Assembly: GCA_963706955.1 (NCBI GenBank)
Contig: CAVPOC010000006.1
Span: forward strand, 192,001 to 256,000
Origin: an uncultured Verrucomicrobiae bacterium
GTDB lineage: Bacteria > Verrucomicrobiota > Verrucomicrobiia > Chthoniobacterales > Terrimicrobiaceae
Direction: 5' to 3'
DNA: 64,000 nucleotides
Below are positions 1-11,700 of the stretch, piece after piece. The position numbers and the translations under genes were made by a program. The notes beneath the pieces were generated by a model, which was not told the origin of the DNA, ran no database searches, and saw nothing but the letters and a program-made list of their open reading frames with translations. Each line of letters begins with the position of its first letter. Positions within the stretch are counted from its first letter, which is position 1.

Positions 1-502
1 GCGCGTTTGTTCCGGACGCGCACGCGTTCGAGACGATGCGAACGGGCGAGCTAAAGCCAAATAGAGACATCGCCTGCATGACCGGTTCCTGCGGGGCATA
101 GGCGCGAACCTTTCTTGTCGCCGACCACGCCGGGGAACCGGAGGTGAGCGAGCGATAGAACTGCTCGCCCAACGACATTCCGCCGCTGGTGGTTCCGATA
201 ACCACACAATCCGGAACGAAGCGTGGCTTGGCCGCCAGCGCTTCCGCCATCGCTACGAGAATCATCTGCGCTGCCCGCGTCCATCGCTTGGAGCGCGCCA
301 GGATCGATGTCGCGACTTCGCCAAGACTTTCGTCCACTTGGCCCGCCGTCTTGGCCAGGCATTTGTCGACCGCAAACAGGCGCACCGGGCTTACGCTATC
401 GCGCGAGTGGCGCATGTTCTCGACCGTTGAGGGTAGGCCGATTCCCAACGGGCTCACACAGCCGAACCCGGAAATTGCGATCTTCGGAAAGGGCACCCGC
501 AT
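1..502 (-). CDS. Beta-ketoacyl-ACP synthase (FabF/FabB family), N-terminal part; runs off the left window edge
   Basis: Manual translation of a minus frame absent from the ORF track: MRVPFPKIAISGFGCVSPLG...VVIGTTSGG...RIVSNACASGTNA, which includes the catalytic Cys motif (ACAS). Starts just after the MATE stop. Confidence 0.9.
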   Translation of the reverse strand, partial: MRVPFPKIAISGFGCVSPLGIGLPSTVENMRHSRDSVSPVRLFAVDKCLAKTAGQVDESLGEVATSILARSKRWTRAAQMILVAMAEALAAKPRFVPDCVVIGTTSGGMSLGEQFYRSLTSGSPAWSATRKVRAYAPQEPVMQAMSLFGFSSPVRIVSNACASGTNA

Positions 503-506
503 GAAG

Positions 507-1892
507 CTACTTTGGTTGTGGAACAATGGATGAGTTCGGTGCCCGTCGAAAGGAATTTATGCGGCTGACGAACAGCATCAGGCGTGTGCACAAAGCTGCA
601 GAGGCAACGGCCAATCCAGCGACAAAACCGAACCAGATTCCCTGTGGGCCAAATCCTAGTTTGAAGGCGCCGAGGTAAGAGATCGGGAGCGCAACAACCC
701 AATAGGAGAGCACACCAATCAGCATCGGCGTGCGCGTGTCCTCGAAACCTCTTAGAGCCCCCGCAGAGGTCACCTGAATCCCATCGAATATCTGAAACAG
801 CCCCGCAATCAGCAACAATTGTGCAGCTAGCACTGTGACCGCAGAATCTTCAACGAACCATGCAGCGATCACCGTTCCCGCGCCCATGAACAAGGCGGCA
901 AAAATTGCCATGATCGACGCGGTAATTCCCCAAGCTCCAAAAATGATCGGAAGATAGCGAGCTTCCTCTGCAGCTCCGCGCGCTTGGCCGATGCGCACGG
1001 CGACCGCTTGGGAAAGTCCCAACGGAATCATGAAGGTCGTGGCAGCGCAGGTAATGGCAATCTGATGCGCGGCGAGAGCTCCGGCCCCCAACCATCCCAT
1101 CATCAAAGATCCGCTGGCAAAGCCACTGACCTCGGCAAGTTGCATTCCCCCCGATGGCAGTCCGATCCCGAGCAAGCGTCGGATCTCGGTCCCGAATCCT
1201 CGCTTAAACCAAGCTACCGGCAGGGCCCGCTGGAGACTCGGAGCGGTGAGGACGTAGATGACGACGGCCGTAGCGACAGCGATGCGCGCAGTGGCGGTGG
1301 CCACCCCCGCGCCGTCGATCCCCATGGCGGGGGAGCCCAGGTTCCCATAAATCAAAACCCAGTTTAGCGCGATATTGAGGAGGACGCCCGCCATCATGAT
1401 CCAGAAGGGGACCCACGGGCGGGAGAGCGCCTCACAGAAATTCTTGGCCGCAGTGGTAATAAAAACCGGCACCGCCGACCATGCGCAGATGACAAGAAAA
1501 TTCCTGCTGGTGTTGGTGATCTCATCGCCCTGACCCAACACCGTTAGAAATGGCGCGACGAGATGGAGCCCTCCTCCCACCAGAATACCTAGAAAGAGCG
1601 CAACGAGTAAACCGCCGCGCAGAGCTTCACCGGACATCCTTTCGCGCCCGGCGCCAAACGCGAGTGACGCGCGCACACTTACCGAGGAAAGAACCGCAAA
1701 TCCAAAGACCAGAGGCACCGCCAGCACGGTGTTCGCGAACGCGCAGGCGGCCAGTGGAATTACTCCTATTTTGCCCACCATGATCGTGTCGGCCCAACCC
1801 ATGAGCATTTGTCCGACGAAGCCAGCAATGATCGGCACTGCCAACGCGAGGGTGCGACGGTTCTCAGAAAATGACTGTGCGAGCAAGGGCAT
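507..1892 (-). CDS. MATE family efflux transporter
   Basis: 461 aa, about 12 hydrophobic segments; motifs LALAVPII, DTIMVG, LAAHQIA, GALRG..DT, GIWFG. Confidence 0.93.
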   Translation of the reverse strand: MPLLAQSFSENRRTLALAVPIIAGFVGQMLMGWADTIMVGKIGVIPLAACAFANTVLAVPLVFGFAVLSSVSVRASLAFGAGRERMSGEALRGGLLVALFLGILVGGGLHLVAPFLTVLGQGDEITNTSRNFLVICAWSAVPVFITTAAKNFCEALSRPWVPFWIMMAGVLLNIALNWVLIYGNLGSPAMGIDGAGVATATARIAVATAVVIYVLTAPSLQRALPVAWFKRGFGTEIRRLLGIGLPSGGMQLAEVSGFASGSLMMGWLGAGALAAHQIAITCAATTFMIPLGLSQAVAVRIGQARGAAEEARYLPIIFGAWGITASIMAIFAALFMGAGTVIAAWFVEDSAVTVLAAQLLLIAGLFQIFDGIQVTSAGALRGFEDTRTPMLIGVLSYWVVALPISYLGAFKLGFGPQGIWFGFVAGLAVASAALCTRLMLFVSRINSFRRAPNSSIVPQPK

Positions 1893-2144
1893 GGAACTAC
1901 AATAAAGGTGCGAGACGGAGAGATTTCCGAGCGGAGCCGAGCGCGAACCTTTAAGCCGCCAGCAATCCGCCGACCGCCAGGGGAGCGCGCATACCGCGCT
2001 TCACCGCAGAATTGAAAACGGCAGATTGCATTGGCAAGACTCTAGTCGCCGCCGTTTCGAAGTCAACTCATCTGCTCGCCGGCGATGGTGCGCGTCCATT
2101 ACTCCGAGGTTGCTTTTCGGGCATGCGTCAAGAGAATCACGACA

Positions 2145-2667
2145 ATGCCTCGCCGGATCGCTCTCTTAGTCGTTTCCTGCATTCTTGCGAGCTGCTCTCA
2201 GCAGGAATATTCCGGTTATCAGTATAGGCCTTACGTGGTCCGAGGTATTCGTTACGCGCCGATGTCTCCAGGACAAGCGCCCGGCTATGTGGAAGAAGGG
2301 ATCGCCTCACATTACAAGGAAGGGTGGCTGTTTCTTCCAGGACCGACGTCCCTGGGTGAGAAACAATGGCCGTGGAGTCGTGCCGGTGCGCACAAACTGC
2401 TGCCTTTGCCTTGCAGAGTGCGCGTCACGAACCTGCGAAACGGCCGATCAACAATCATTCGCCTCAATGACCGCGGGCCTTTCATTGCCGGGCGCACGCT
2501 CGATGTCACCGAACCAGTCGCGAAAGAACTCGGATTTTACGAGCGCCGGCTTGGCACCCGTGAGAATCGAAGTGCTGAGTGTCGGTGATGCTGAGTGGCG
2601 GGTCAGTCGGTCGACAATTCCTCGTGCTCTGCCAGCGAGTCCGGCGGCGCCGCGTACTGGAGGATAG
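2145..2667 (+). CDS. rlpA: Septal ring lytic transglycosylase RlpA family lipoprotein (frameshift near 2545)
   Basis: Lipobox LASC, PYVVRG, EEGIASHY, AHKLLPLP..VRVTNL.NG, RLNDRGPF, LDV; C-terminus GLAPVRIEVL in the adjacent frame. Confidence 0.88.
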
Positions 2668-2700
2668 AGGTTCGTCGGCAAGCGCCGGCGCCTCGCCAGG

Positions 2701-4747
2701 TCAACTCGAGATATCGGCCTTCCGCTGGTCGAGGAGTTCTTTAGCCGCCTTAAGTTGCTCCTCGCTTCCGATCAGAAGAAGCTGGTCGCCGCTTTCCAGC
2801 TCTTCGCCGGGATTGGGATTTACGATGCTGTTGCCATGGCGTTCGATACCAACGACGCTCGCTCCCGTCTGGGTGCGCAGCTTCAGCTCGGCGATCATCT
2901 TGCCAGCGGCTTGTGTGCCGCTTTGAATTTCGACCGTTTCGAGCCGGGCCTCGCGCAACAGCGGTGGCAGGCTGGGGGCTTCCTGCAGCAAGGGCGGATC
3001 CGCCGGTTGCGCAAACGTGTCGCGCAGGGCCGATTGAGCACGCGAGTAGAGCTTCACAGCGCCGCGGTAAAAAAGGAAACTGGCAATCGCCATGATGACG
3101 AGCGTAATCAGGAGCACATTTCTCGAAGGCAGAAGCGTTGAACTGAGCAGAGCAACCAGCAGCACAAGAATGCCAGTGCCACAAACCAGGATCGTGCTCG
3201 AGATTACCGCCTGAAGCCCGGAGTCTTCGGACCCGGCCTTCTCCAAACCTACCGCCGTCTCTGCCACGAGCATCGCTCCTGCCTCGATCTTTCGCCAGAC
3301 GGCGACCAGGAGCGGAAAGCTGACAAGCAGAGCGGTCAGCCAGGTAGCTGCCTTGGTGCCGTCTTCTCCTCCTGGAAAGTTCGGGCCACCATGCCTGGAC
3401 GCGGTTATGCAGAAAAACGGCTCCGATGAAAATCCCGGCAACGATTAACAGGTTCACGGCGATCTGGCCTCCCAACTTCCCCAGAATCCTTCGCTCAATA
3501 CGTGATCCGTTCTGTGTGCTGAGCTTGCCAACTCTCTCGCTGTAAGCATCGATTGCCTGGAGGAGAGGCCTCGGTGCCACGCGATCGAACCATTCCACCA
3601 ACACGTCGGAACTCTTGATGAGATAAGGCGTGAACAGGGTGGTGAGCGAAGAGACGGCAACGGCGATAGGGTAAATGAAGTCGCTTGTGACGTTTAGAGT
3701 AAGTCCCAAGGATGCGATGATGAAAGAGAACTCACCGATTTGAGCAAGGCCCATGCCGACTCGCAACGAAGTTCGCATATCATTACCGGCGACAAAGCTT
3801 CCCAAGGAGCAGGTCAAGACCTTTCCCAAGACGACGACGATAGTGATGATAAATATTGGCAGCGCATATTTCGCGAGGAGGGCGGGCTCGATAAGCATTC
3901 CGATGGAGACGAAGAAGACGGCGCTGAAAAGGTCACGCACCGGGTGCATGAGGGTCTCGATCTTGTAAATCTGACGAGCCTCCGCGATCACCGCTCCAAT
4001 CAGAAAGGCGCCGAGCGCCACACTGTAGCCCAGCTTTACCGTGACCAGTGAGATCCCGAAGCAAAGCCCGACCACGGTAATGAGCAACATCTCGTCGCTT
4101 TTGAAGCGGGCGACATAGTCGAGGAGGCGCGGAACGACAATAAGACCGGCGACCAGGAGAATGCCAAGGAAAGAGCTCAGGCTCAAGATCGTCATACCGA
4201 TCGTTTGCGCCTCAACTTCGCCGGTTCTGGCAAAGCCGGAGAGCAGCGCGATCAATACGATGGCGAGGATGTCTTCAACGATCAGGATGCCGAAGATCAA
4301 GTTGGCAAAGCGTTCACGCGTCTTCCCGAGACCTTCGAGCGCTTTTATGATGATGGTTGTGGAGGAGATGGAGAGGATCGCACCGAGAAAGACGCTATCC
4401 ATCGTGTTCCACCCGAAGGCGCGTCCCAGCCCATAACCAGCCAGAAGCATCAAGAGGATTTCGAGGCTGGCGGCGATGAACGCAGTGGCCCCAACTTGCC
4501 GCAGCTTGCGCAAGCTAAATTCAAGCCCGAGCGCGAACATCAGGAAGATGATGCCAAGCTCGGCGAGCGTTTCGATGGCGTGCTCGTCCGCAATCAGGGC
4601 AAACGGCGGGGTATGCGGTCCAATGATGACTCCGGCAAGGATATAGCCGAGGACGACGGGCTGGTTGAGTTGGCGGAAGATGATCGTGGCCAGAGCCGCC
4701 ACGCTCATCACGATAGCCAAGTCTTGCAGGAAAGATGTTTGATGCAT
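2701..4747 (-). CDS. Cation:proton antiporter (CPA2, Kef/YbaL-like) with C-terminal TrkA-C (RCK-C) domain; frameshift near 3370-3440
   Basis: GYILAGVIIGP, ELGIIFLMFALGLEFS, SISST, GILIVEDI, LAQIGEFSF; C-terminal AGKMIAELKLRTQTGASVVGIER..NP...L..GD.L. Confidence 0.9.
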
Positions 4748-4917
4748 GTCCGTTCCGTTAGCTGCAGCCCCGAGCCGACATCTCCTCTGGCTGCGCCGGG
4801 CTACGATGCCCTCTGCCGGCAAGGCCCAACCAAATGCCAGGGAATTCTTCGACTATTTGAGCCACAAGCCCGGCAAATGTCCAATCCGGAGCTTCGAAAG
4901 GGCCAGTCCTTTGGATA

Positions 4918-5605
4918 CTATTTCCGAGCCCTCGCTAGAGTGTCATCTTTCGAGGAGAGGAATGCGGTGATGGATCGATGGATTTCAACCGAGAAGACTG
5001 GCCAAAGGTGCATCGGAACATCGGTTCGAAGGAGCACGTTCGCTTTGTCCCATCGCCCTGAGGAACCGGGAAAAACCATGAGGTCATACGGACACCACGT
5101 TACCAAGGTCGGATACGTCCAGGGCGCCGCATTCAGCTGCCTGAGAAATGCGCTTCCGGGTCTCATTTCCCTGCACGCGGAAAGCGGCACGAAAAACGCC
5201 GCTGCACTGCCATGATTCGGAGAGTTTAATAGCGCTACTTTTTTCACTTTCGACTCAGGGCTTTGCCGGAGAGCCTCGCGAATCACCAAACCGCCCATGC
5301 TATACCCAATGAGGTTCACCGGGACATCGAGTTGGCGGAGCTGCGAGGAAAGTGCTTTGGCGAGAGCCTCGATCGAGACGCGTCCGCTGTTATCGTATCT
5401 GCCAAATCGTGCAGGGACCGACTTCTTTGGCGATGCGGCTGCGGAGGCGTTCCCATCGCCGGTGCGAGCCCCAAATCCCATCGATGATTAACGTTTGCGT
5501 AGAATTCTTCCGTTTATCGGGTTTGCTTTCAGCGGATGATACAGACAAGCACGAAACCATCAGAATCGCGCCGGTCCACGCGCAAAGGCTCCTCTGAACG
5601 CTCAT
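4918..5605 (-). CDS. Secreted alpha/beta hydrolase (lipase/esterase-like), frameshift near 5440
   Basis: Signal-like N-terminus, GYSMGG nucleophile elbow, SPNHGS, D and H further downstream. Confidence 0.8.
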
Positions 5606-5938
5606 TCCAATCGCTTTCTTGTTGTGAGAGACTAGCGAGGTCTGGCATCTATGCATCGTTCTCCGTATGCGGCCTGGCTCTTCGATAGCGGCGATTCAAC
5701 AAGTCTCATCTGCAGTCGGAGATAGTTTCGCCAGGCTCCGTCATTGCGCAAGCGCGCGGCACTTCTATTTTCCGATAGTTGCGAGTCGGACGTGCATGCG
5801 ATCGACTCCGGTGAAGCCATGTCGTTGATGAAGTTCCTTCCTCTCCTCTCAAAATTCTGTAAGTATTTCCCGCGCGTCTTTCTGGTCGGCGCGAGGACTG
5901 CCTTGGCGAGTCCTCTCAGAGCGCCGCCGGTCTCAACA

Positions 5939-6649
5939 ATGAAGCGAGCCTTCCTATTTCCTGCTACGGTTGCCAGCGTTTGTCTTGCGCTCTGCTCATG
6001 CGCGTCCGTAAGCGTGAGGGAGGTCATCCCTTTGACCGAACCGCCGGTCTCAGCGCCGCAGACCATCTTTGTCGAGACGTTTGAATTTGAAGACGACATG
6101 GTTCGAGTCGGGCGCCAGGGAGAGGAACTCGAGCAATTCAAACGCGCGATGCAGCAAGAGATGACCTCGAATCTGCTTGAACGAATTCGCAAATACGTCG
6201 CTCCGGCGCAGGCAGTCTCCTCTGCGGCCGAAGCGCCACCGGGAAAATCGTGGTTAATCAGCGGCCGGTTCACTCGCGTGAACCAAGGAAGCCGGTTCCT
6301 ACGAGGCGCATTGGGATTCGGCAGCGGCGGCACGAAAATGGATGTAACGGCGATAGTCTCGGACCTATCGGGAAAAGCTCCGAAGCGATTCCTCATGATC
6401 CAGACAAGCGGTGGGTCTAACGCGATGCCAGGGGCCATCGTCGGAGTGTTCGCCTGGCCGGCGAGCTTTACAGGAGCGCACGGCCTTATTGCCGGGCTCT
6501 CCAGTGATTGCCGCCGCACTTCCCGCGAAATCACCAGTGCCCTCGCCCAATATATGAAGAGACACGGCCTGCAGGTCGCCGACGATGTGCCAAAGCCAAA
6601 GCCAAAAGGCAGTTTGCCCTGGTTGCCGCAGCGAAGAGACGAGGGCTAG
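5939..6649 (+). CDS. DUF4410-like lipoprotein
   Basis: Lipobox LCSC; ISGRFTRVNQGSRFLR..GFGSGGT pattern. Confidence 0.7.
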   Translation: MKRAFLFPATVASVCLALCSCASVSVREVIPLTEPPVSAPQTIFVETFEFEDDMVRVGRQGEELEQFKRAMQQEMTSNLLERIRKYVAPAQAVSSAAEAPPGKSWLISGRFTRVNQGSRFLRGALGFGSGGTKMDVTAIVSDLSGKAPKRFLMIQTSGGSNAMPGAIVGVFAWPASFTGAHGLIAGLSSDCRRTSREITSALAQYMKRHGLQVADDVPKPKPKGSLPWLPQRRDEG

Positions 6650-6716
6650 TTTTAGGCCTCGCCGCAGACGGCTGTTGCAAGAGTATTTGAAGGGCCTCGC
6701 TGCGCATGTTTCCCGC

Positions 6717-7610
6717 GTGCGTTGCTTCTACCATCCTGGCTACTCGTACCCGTTGCCGGAGGAGCATCCATTTCCCATGGACAAGTTTTGGCGCGCGGAG
6801 CAGATCATCCGTGCTGAGTGCCCAGAGGTGACCATCACCTGGGTTGAGCCCGCTTCAATCCCTCAGCTCAAGCGCGTCCATACCGCGCGGTATTTGACGT
6901 CGATCCGGAGCGGTGACTTGCACCGCGAGGCAATGGTTCGTCTTGGGCTGCCGGCATGCGAGGAGTTGCTGACCCGCTCACGACGCGAGACGGCCGGGAC
7001 CATCGCGGCGATGTGGGCGGCGCTCGAAGATGGTCTAGCTTGCAATTTGGCAGGTGGAACACACCACGCCTTTCCGGATCGCGGGCTTGGCTATTGCGTC
7101 CTCAACGATGTCGCCATCTCCATTCGCGACTTGCATGCGGCCCACCCGAAGCGGCGGGTATTTGTAATCGATACCGATGCCCACCAAGGCAATGGCACGA
7201 ACGAGATTTTTGCCGCGGACGATCGGGTATTCACCTATTCAATTCATGTCGGTCGAAATTATCCCGCAGAAAAAAAGCCCGGGTCGCTGGATGTGGCTTT
7301 GCCCCGGCAGGTAAGTGGCGCGGAATATCTCGCTGGCCTGGAACAGACGCTGCCTGTCGCCTTCGAGCTCTTCGCACCAGATCTTGCCTTTTGGATTTCT
7401 GGCTGTGATCCGCACGAAAACGACCGATTTGGCCAGATGAGGCTCAGTGACGCCCATTTGGCCGCTCGCGACCGGCTGGTATTGGATCTGGTGACAGGAA
7501 GCGGCGTTCCTTTGGCTGTTCTCTACGGCGGCGGTTACAACCGTGATCGCCTCCACACCGCCCGCCTGCATGCCAATACCATCAAGCTGGTAGGAAGTTA
7601 TCCACATTGA
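6717..7610 (+). CDS. Histone deacetylase family (AcuC/AphA-like) protein
   Basis: HPFPMDK, GGTHHA, GYC..NDVA, DTDAHQGNGT, SIH, GCD....D, GGGY. Confidence 0.93.
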   Translation: MRCFYHPGYSYPLPEEHPFPMDKFWRAEQIIRAECPEVTITWVEPASIPQLKRVHTARYLTSIRSGDLHREAMVRLGLPACEELLTRSRRETAGTIAAMWAALEDGLACNLAGGTHHAFPDRGLGYCVLNDVAISIRDLHAAHPKRRVFVIDTDAHQGNGTNEIFAADDRVFTYSIHVGRNYPAEKKPGSLDVALPRQVSGAEYLAGLEQTLPVAFELFAPDLAFWISGCDPHENDRFGQMRLSDAHLAARDRLVLDLVTGSGVPLAVLYGGGYNRDRLHTARLHANTIKLVGSYPH

Positions 7611-7714
7611 AGTGCCGCATCGTTTTTTAGGCAATCTCTGCGTGCCGGGCGCGAGAAAGCTGCTGCGCGAGCTCCGAACTGTTGACGCAGCCTTCTAGCT
7701 CAGCCCCGACGACG

Positions 7715-8176
7715 CTAGGAACGCAAGGTCATCGCCAGGCACAAGAGCACGAAGCCTATGAGCAGAAGCCAGGATCGCAACCCCTGAAAAAACTCCCAAC
7801 GGTTCCGCGACTCCTTCCAGTCGCCGGGCGGGTTATCCGCATCCCATTTTCCTGTCGCTAGATTTATCGGAACGTTGAAGATGATCGTCGAGACAAGGGC
7901 TGCCACCAGTGAAACCGCCGAAGCCCAACGAAGCGTGCGCGCTACCTCTTCAACGTCTTTCAGCTGCACCGCGTAGCAAACAGAGAGAATCACAGAGAGC
8001 GTCATTAAGACGGGCATCACGCGCCCGAATGTTTTCAGAAGGCCCTGCTCAACCCGAATGTGGTCCTTCGTTGGCAGCCGGCGGATCACCGGATGCACGA
8101 ACGCGTACGAACCGAATTCAGCGCAAGAAGTAAATCCCACCACAGCGAGGGTGATAAAGCCGAGGATATCCATCAC
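7715..8176 (-). CDS. DUF1772 (anthrone oxygenase-like) membrane protein
   Basis: Four hydrophobic helices, FNVPIN, W...RNRWE....R. Confidence 0.75.
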   Translation of the reverse strand: MMDILGFITLAVVGFTSCAEFGSYAFVHPVIRRLPTKDHIRVEQGLLKTFGRVMPVLMTLSVILSVCYAVQLKDVEEVARTLRWASAVSLVAALVSTIIFNVPINLATGKWDADNPPGDWKESRNRWEFFQGLRSWLLLIGFVLLCLAMTLRS

Positions 8177-8785
8177 GATTGCTACTTAGGCTTTCGTTTC
8201 TGAATCGCAGTGACTGCTTACTTATACTCGAGTGGATCATTCGAAAAGTGTAGTAAGCAAGCTGAGGTTTCGTGTGTCCGGAACAAATCCTTCTATCAGC
8301 GACAATATTAGCTCCAGCCTAACACAATCGCCTTCCTTGCCACTGGAGCACGCGCAAGTTCATGACGACGCTGCAAAGGTGTGGCTTCAGTTGAAGGTCG
8401 AGCAACGATCGCTGAGATACGGACCCTATGTGGGTCAAATGTATCACACTCAGTCGACTTAAAAGACCACGAAGCGAGCACTGAACAACAGTCTCAATTC
8501 GACGTTGACTTAGACTTAATGAGGAAAATAAGTTGCAAAAATAAGCAAATTAAACCTTGCTAAGCGTTTAAAGATCTGCCAAGAAGAGGCGCGTCCGTAA
8601 TCTCCCCTCCCCACATGCCCCCCGGGATTCCCTCCTGCCGGGACGTCAAGACCTGGGTTTGCGCTGCAACCCTCGCTTTGGCGTTCGGCGCGTCGACGGC
8701 CAGTTCTGGCTGAACTGGAAAGCGCTTATTCGCCGTAATTGACGGCCCTTCCGGGCGGGCACCGACGGGAATTTTCCGTGAAAAG

Positions 8786-11700
8786 GTGAAACCGTCGGAT
8801 CCCGGCACCAAAAGAATCTCGCCGGGTCCGTTTTTTTTCGCACACTACAAGCGCCTCATCTCGTTGGCGCGATCGCGTTCGCAATTTTGGCCTCTGGTCT
8901 CGTCGGGCTTTGCGGCGATCTCCGACCTTCGGGTGGAACAAACCCTGACGGCTGAGCGGAGCGACATACACGGTCACTCCTGCGCTGAAGATTTCCTTTC
9001 ACTTGTCGCAGGCCTCGCCTGTAACGGTGAAGATCTCGCGGCACCTCGCGCGATACGAGCATTTAAAGTGGCCCTACCTTGCGAAGCCGATCCTGGTGCG
9101 GGAGTTGAACCAAGGAACGATCGGCGCCGGAACGCAGACCATCACGTGGGATGGTCTGGATCAGAACGGCAGAACGGTCGTCGAGGAGCAGAATACATCG
9201 ACACAGGAACTTGCGGCGATGAACCTCTGGACGACGGCCTCCCTCGAACAGCTGACGCAGAGACCCCGGTCAATCTTTTCCAGATCTCCGTAGAGGCAGG
9301 CAGCGAGAAGGTCTTCACCAATTTCGAACGCGCGGTGGGATCGGTGCGACCAAATCGCATGGTGCGCCCCTTCCGCATGGGCGTTGTCGATCGGGACGGA
9401 CGTTCCTGGTGTCTGATTTCTGGGGCGCGTGCGTATGGCGATATTCGCCCGACTGGGCGATCCTCGCGAAATATCCCAAAGATCATCTGGTCGGTAGGGG
9501 CTTTGAGCCGGACGAATGCGAGGCCGCAGGAGCCGACAGTCGCGGTAACGTCTTTGCCATGAACGGCTCAGGTATCTACCGATATAACGGCGACGGCGAG
9601 GCCTACCCTGGCCGGTCCAGTCTAATCACACCAGATACATGGACTTCGGCCACGTGCTCGGGAGAACAGGCGGCAACAGCGACGAGCGATTCCGCGGGTT
9701 CGCGGTCGATGACCAAGACAACATCTATCTTGGCCAAACCCAGCCCGATCGCCGGATCCTCGTCTTCAACAGAGATGGTGTGCTTCTGCGCACCTTCTCG
9801 CTGCCCGATGGACGCCGGCCAGGGTCGATCTGGTGGATGGGGAACAACACCATCGCGCTGACAGCGGTTGGCACGAATCCCGAAGGCGTTCTGCTCTACA
9901 TGGATGCGACCACGGGTGCCGTGAAAAGGCAGCTGGGTAGCGCGGGCTCTCCTTTAAATGATCCCTGAGAGCTGGGCGGGCGCTGATCGGACGATCTATG
10001 CCGGGCCATACAGAGAATGATGTCCGGCGTTACGATGCCAATGGTGATCCTGTGCCGTTCAACGCCGCCCTGCCGGCGGTTCCTGATAACCTCCCTCACG
10101 AAATTCGGTTTTACGCTCATGAAGTCGGCCTTCCGTCGAATGCGCCCGGCTATCCCCAGCCGGCGGGTGGCTATTTGATCTTCGGAAATAGCGGCTTTGC
10201 GATTTCTTCCGCAATCGACAGTCAATGATCCCGTCGTGGAAACCGAGTTGTCGCGCTTCGCCAAGGACGGCACCTATCTTGCCGGAAAAGGCGACCTTCT
10301 CCCTCGGACGCCATGCGTCCGGCAACATCTTCCTCGACAACGAGCAGCGGCCTTGTTGTATTTTCGCGACCAATTTCCAATCAACCAACCAGACATTCAC
10401 GGCGGCGTGGACGCTCACGGATTTCGACGGGTTAGTGACCACGGGTTCGAGCACCTTTACGACGGTGCCGAACGCCCGCGCAGACCGTTCCCCTCAGCGT
10501 CAACGCGCCGGCGCTGGGGCACTACCGGCTGAAAGTGGACATTCTCCAGAACGGCGTTCGACTCGAGCAGTTGGAGGCGCAAATCGGCCCGGATCGCGTC
10601 GCGGGATACCAGCGAAAAACGCTACTCGCCTTTCGGCATGTGCGCGATCGGGGAGTTCGAATTGATGAAGCTCGCGGGCGTCAAGAGCTACCGCAGCGAT
10701 TCGGCCTCCTGGGGAGGACCGTCGAGCCTCTCCCGGGCGTCTTCTATCCCGATCGCTCCGAGCTGGTGCAGTTCGGACGTGGGGGCGCTGAGGCGCTGCG
10801 CGCCTACGGACGGCGCGAAGGCTTCCTGCTTCTCAATGGCCTGAATTATGGCGAGAACTGGCTCGGAGGAGATTGGGTCGGGGAACCCAGGCACTTTCTC
10901 TACAGCTACGACCGTTATTTCGACTATTGCCTGAGGATTCTTGATCGCTTCTCAGGCAAGGGAGAGGCGTTCTATCAATTCTGGAACGAGCCCGACAACT
11001 TCTGGCGGCCAGCGTTTGATAGTCCAAACAGCGCGAATGGGCGCGAGCATTTCACCTTAGTTCAACAGCACGTCTGGAGCATCGTCAAGGCGCGAGACAA
11101 GAATGCGCTAGCCATTGCGGACGGTGAAGTGAACGACACGCGAGTCATGGACGAATTTGCCGACCTATGGCGCCGCCAGTTTTAATGACACCGTTCAGAT
11201 GCACTACCCCGGCGCCTTTGAGGTTGCCTGGAGATGAAATCAGAGATCCGGATCTGCCGGAGTCCCACGCATCTGCCATCGAAAAACTGGTGCAGACTCG
11301 CGATCGATCTTTCCCGGGCAAGCAAGTGTGGAACACTGAAGATTCCGTTCCAGCCAATCCGAGAGACGCCTAAGTGGCGGCGGCTAACTTGCCCCGCGTG
11401 TTCATTCCGCAGATCGCCGTAGGCGTGGACAAGATCTATATCTTTCCACGGGCGGGTCTCCAAGAGCAGTCGGCTGGACGTCGCCAGTTACCTGGATGAA
11501 AACGGACATCCAGGTCCCGACGCTATGTGAGCTTTGGCGGCGATGACGAAATCGATCGAGGGAGCTGTATTCGTCGGAACGAAGCAATATGACGCTGAGG
11601 CCTACGGATATCTGTTTGCCCGCGGCCAAGATTTCGTGCTGGCTGCAAACACCTATTCCGGCACCCGCACGTGCCGGTGGACGCCGGAGGGACAATCGTG

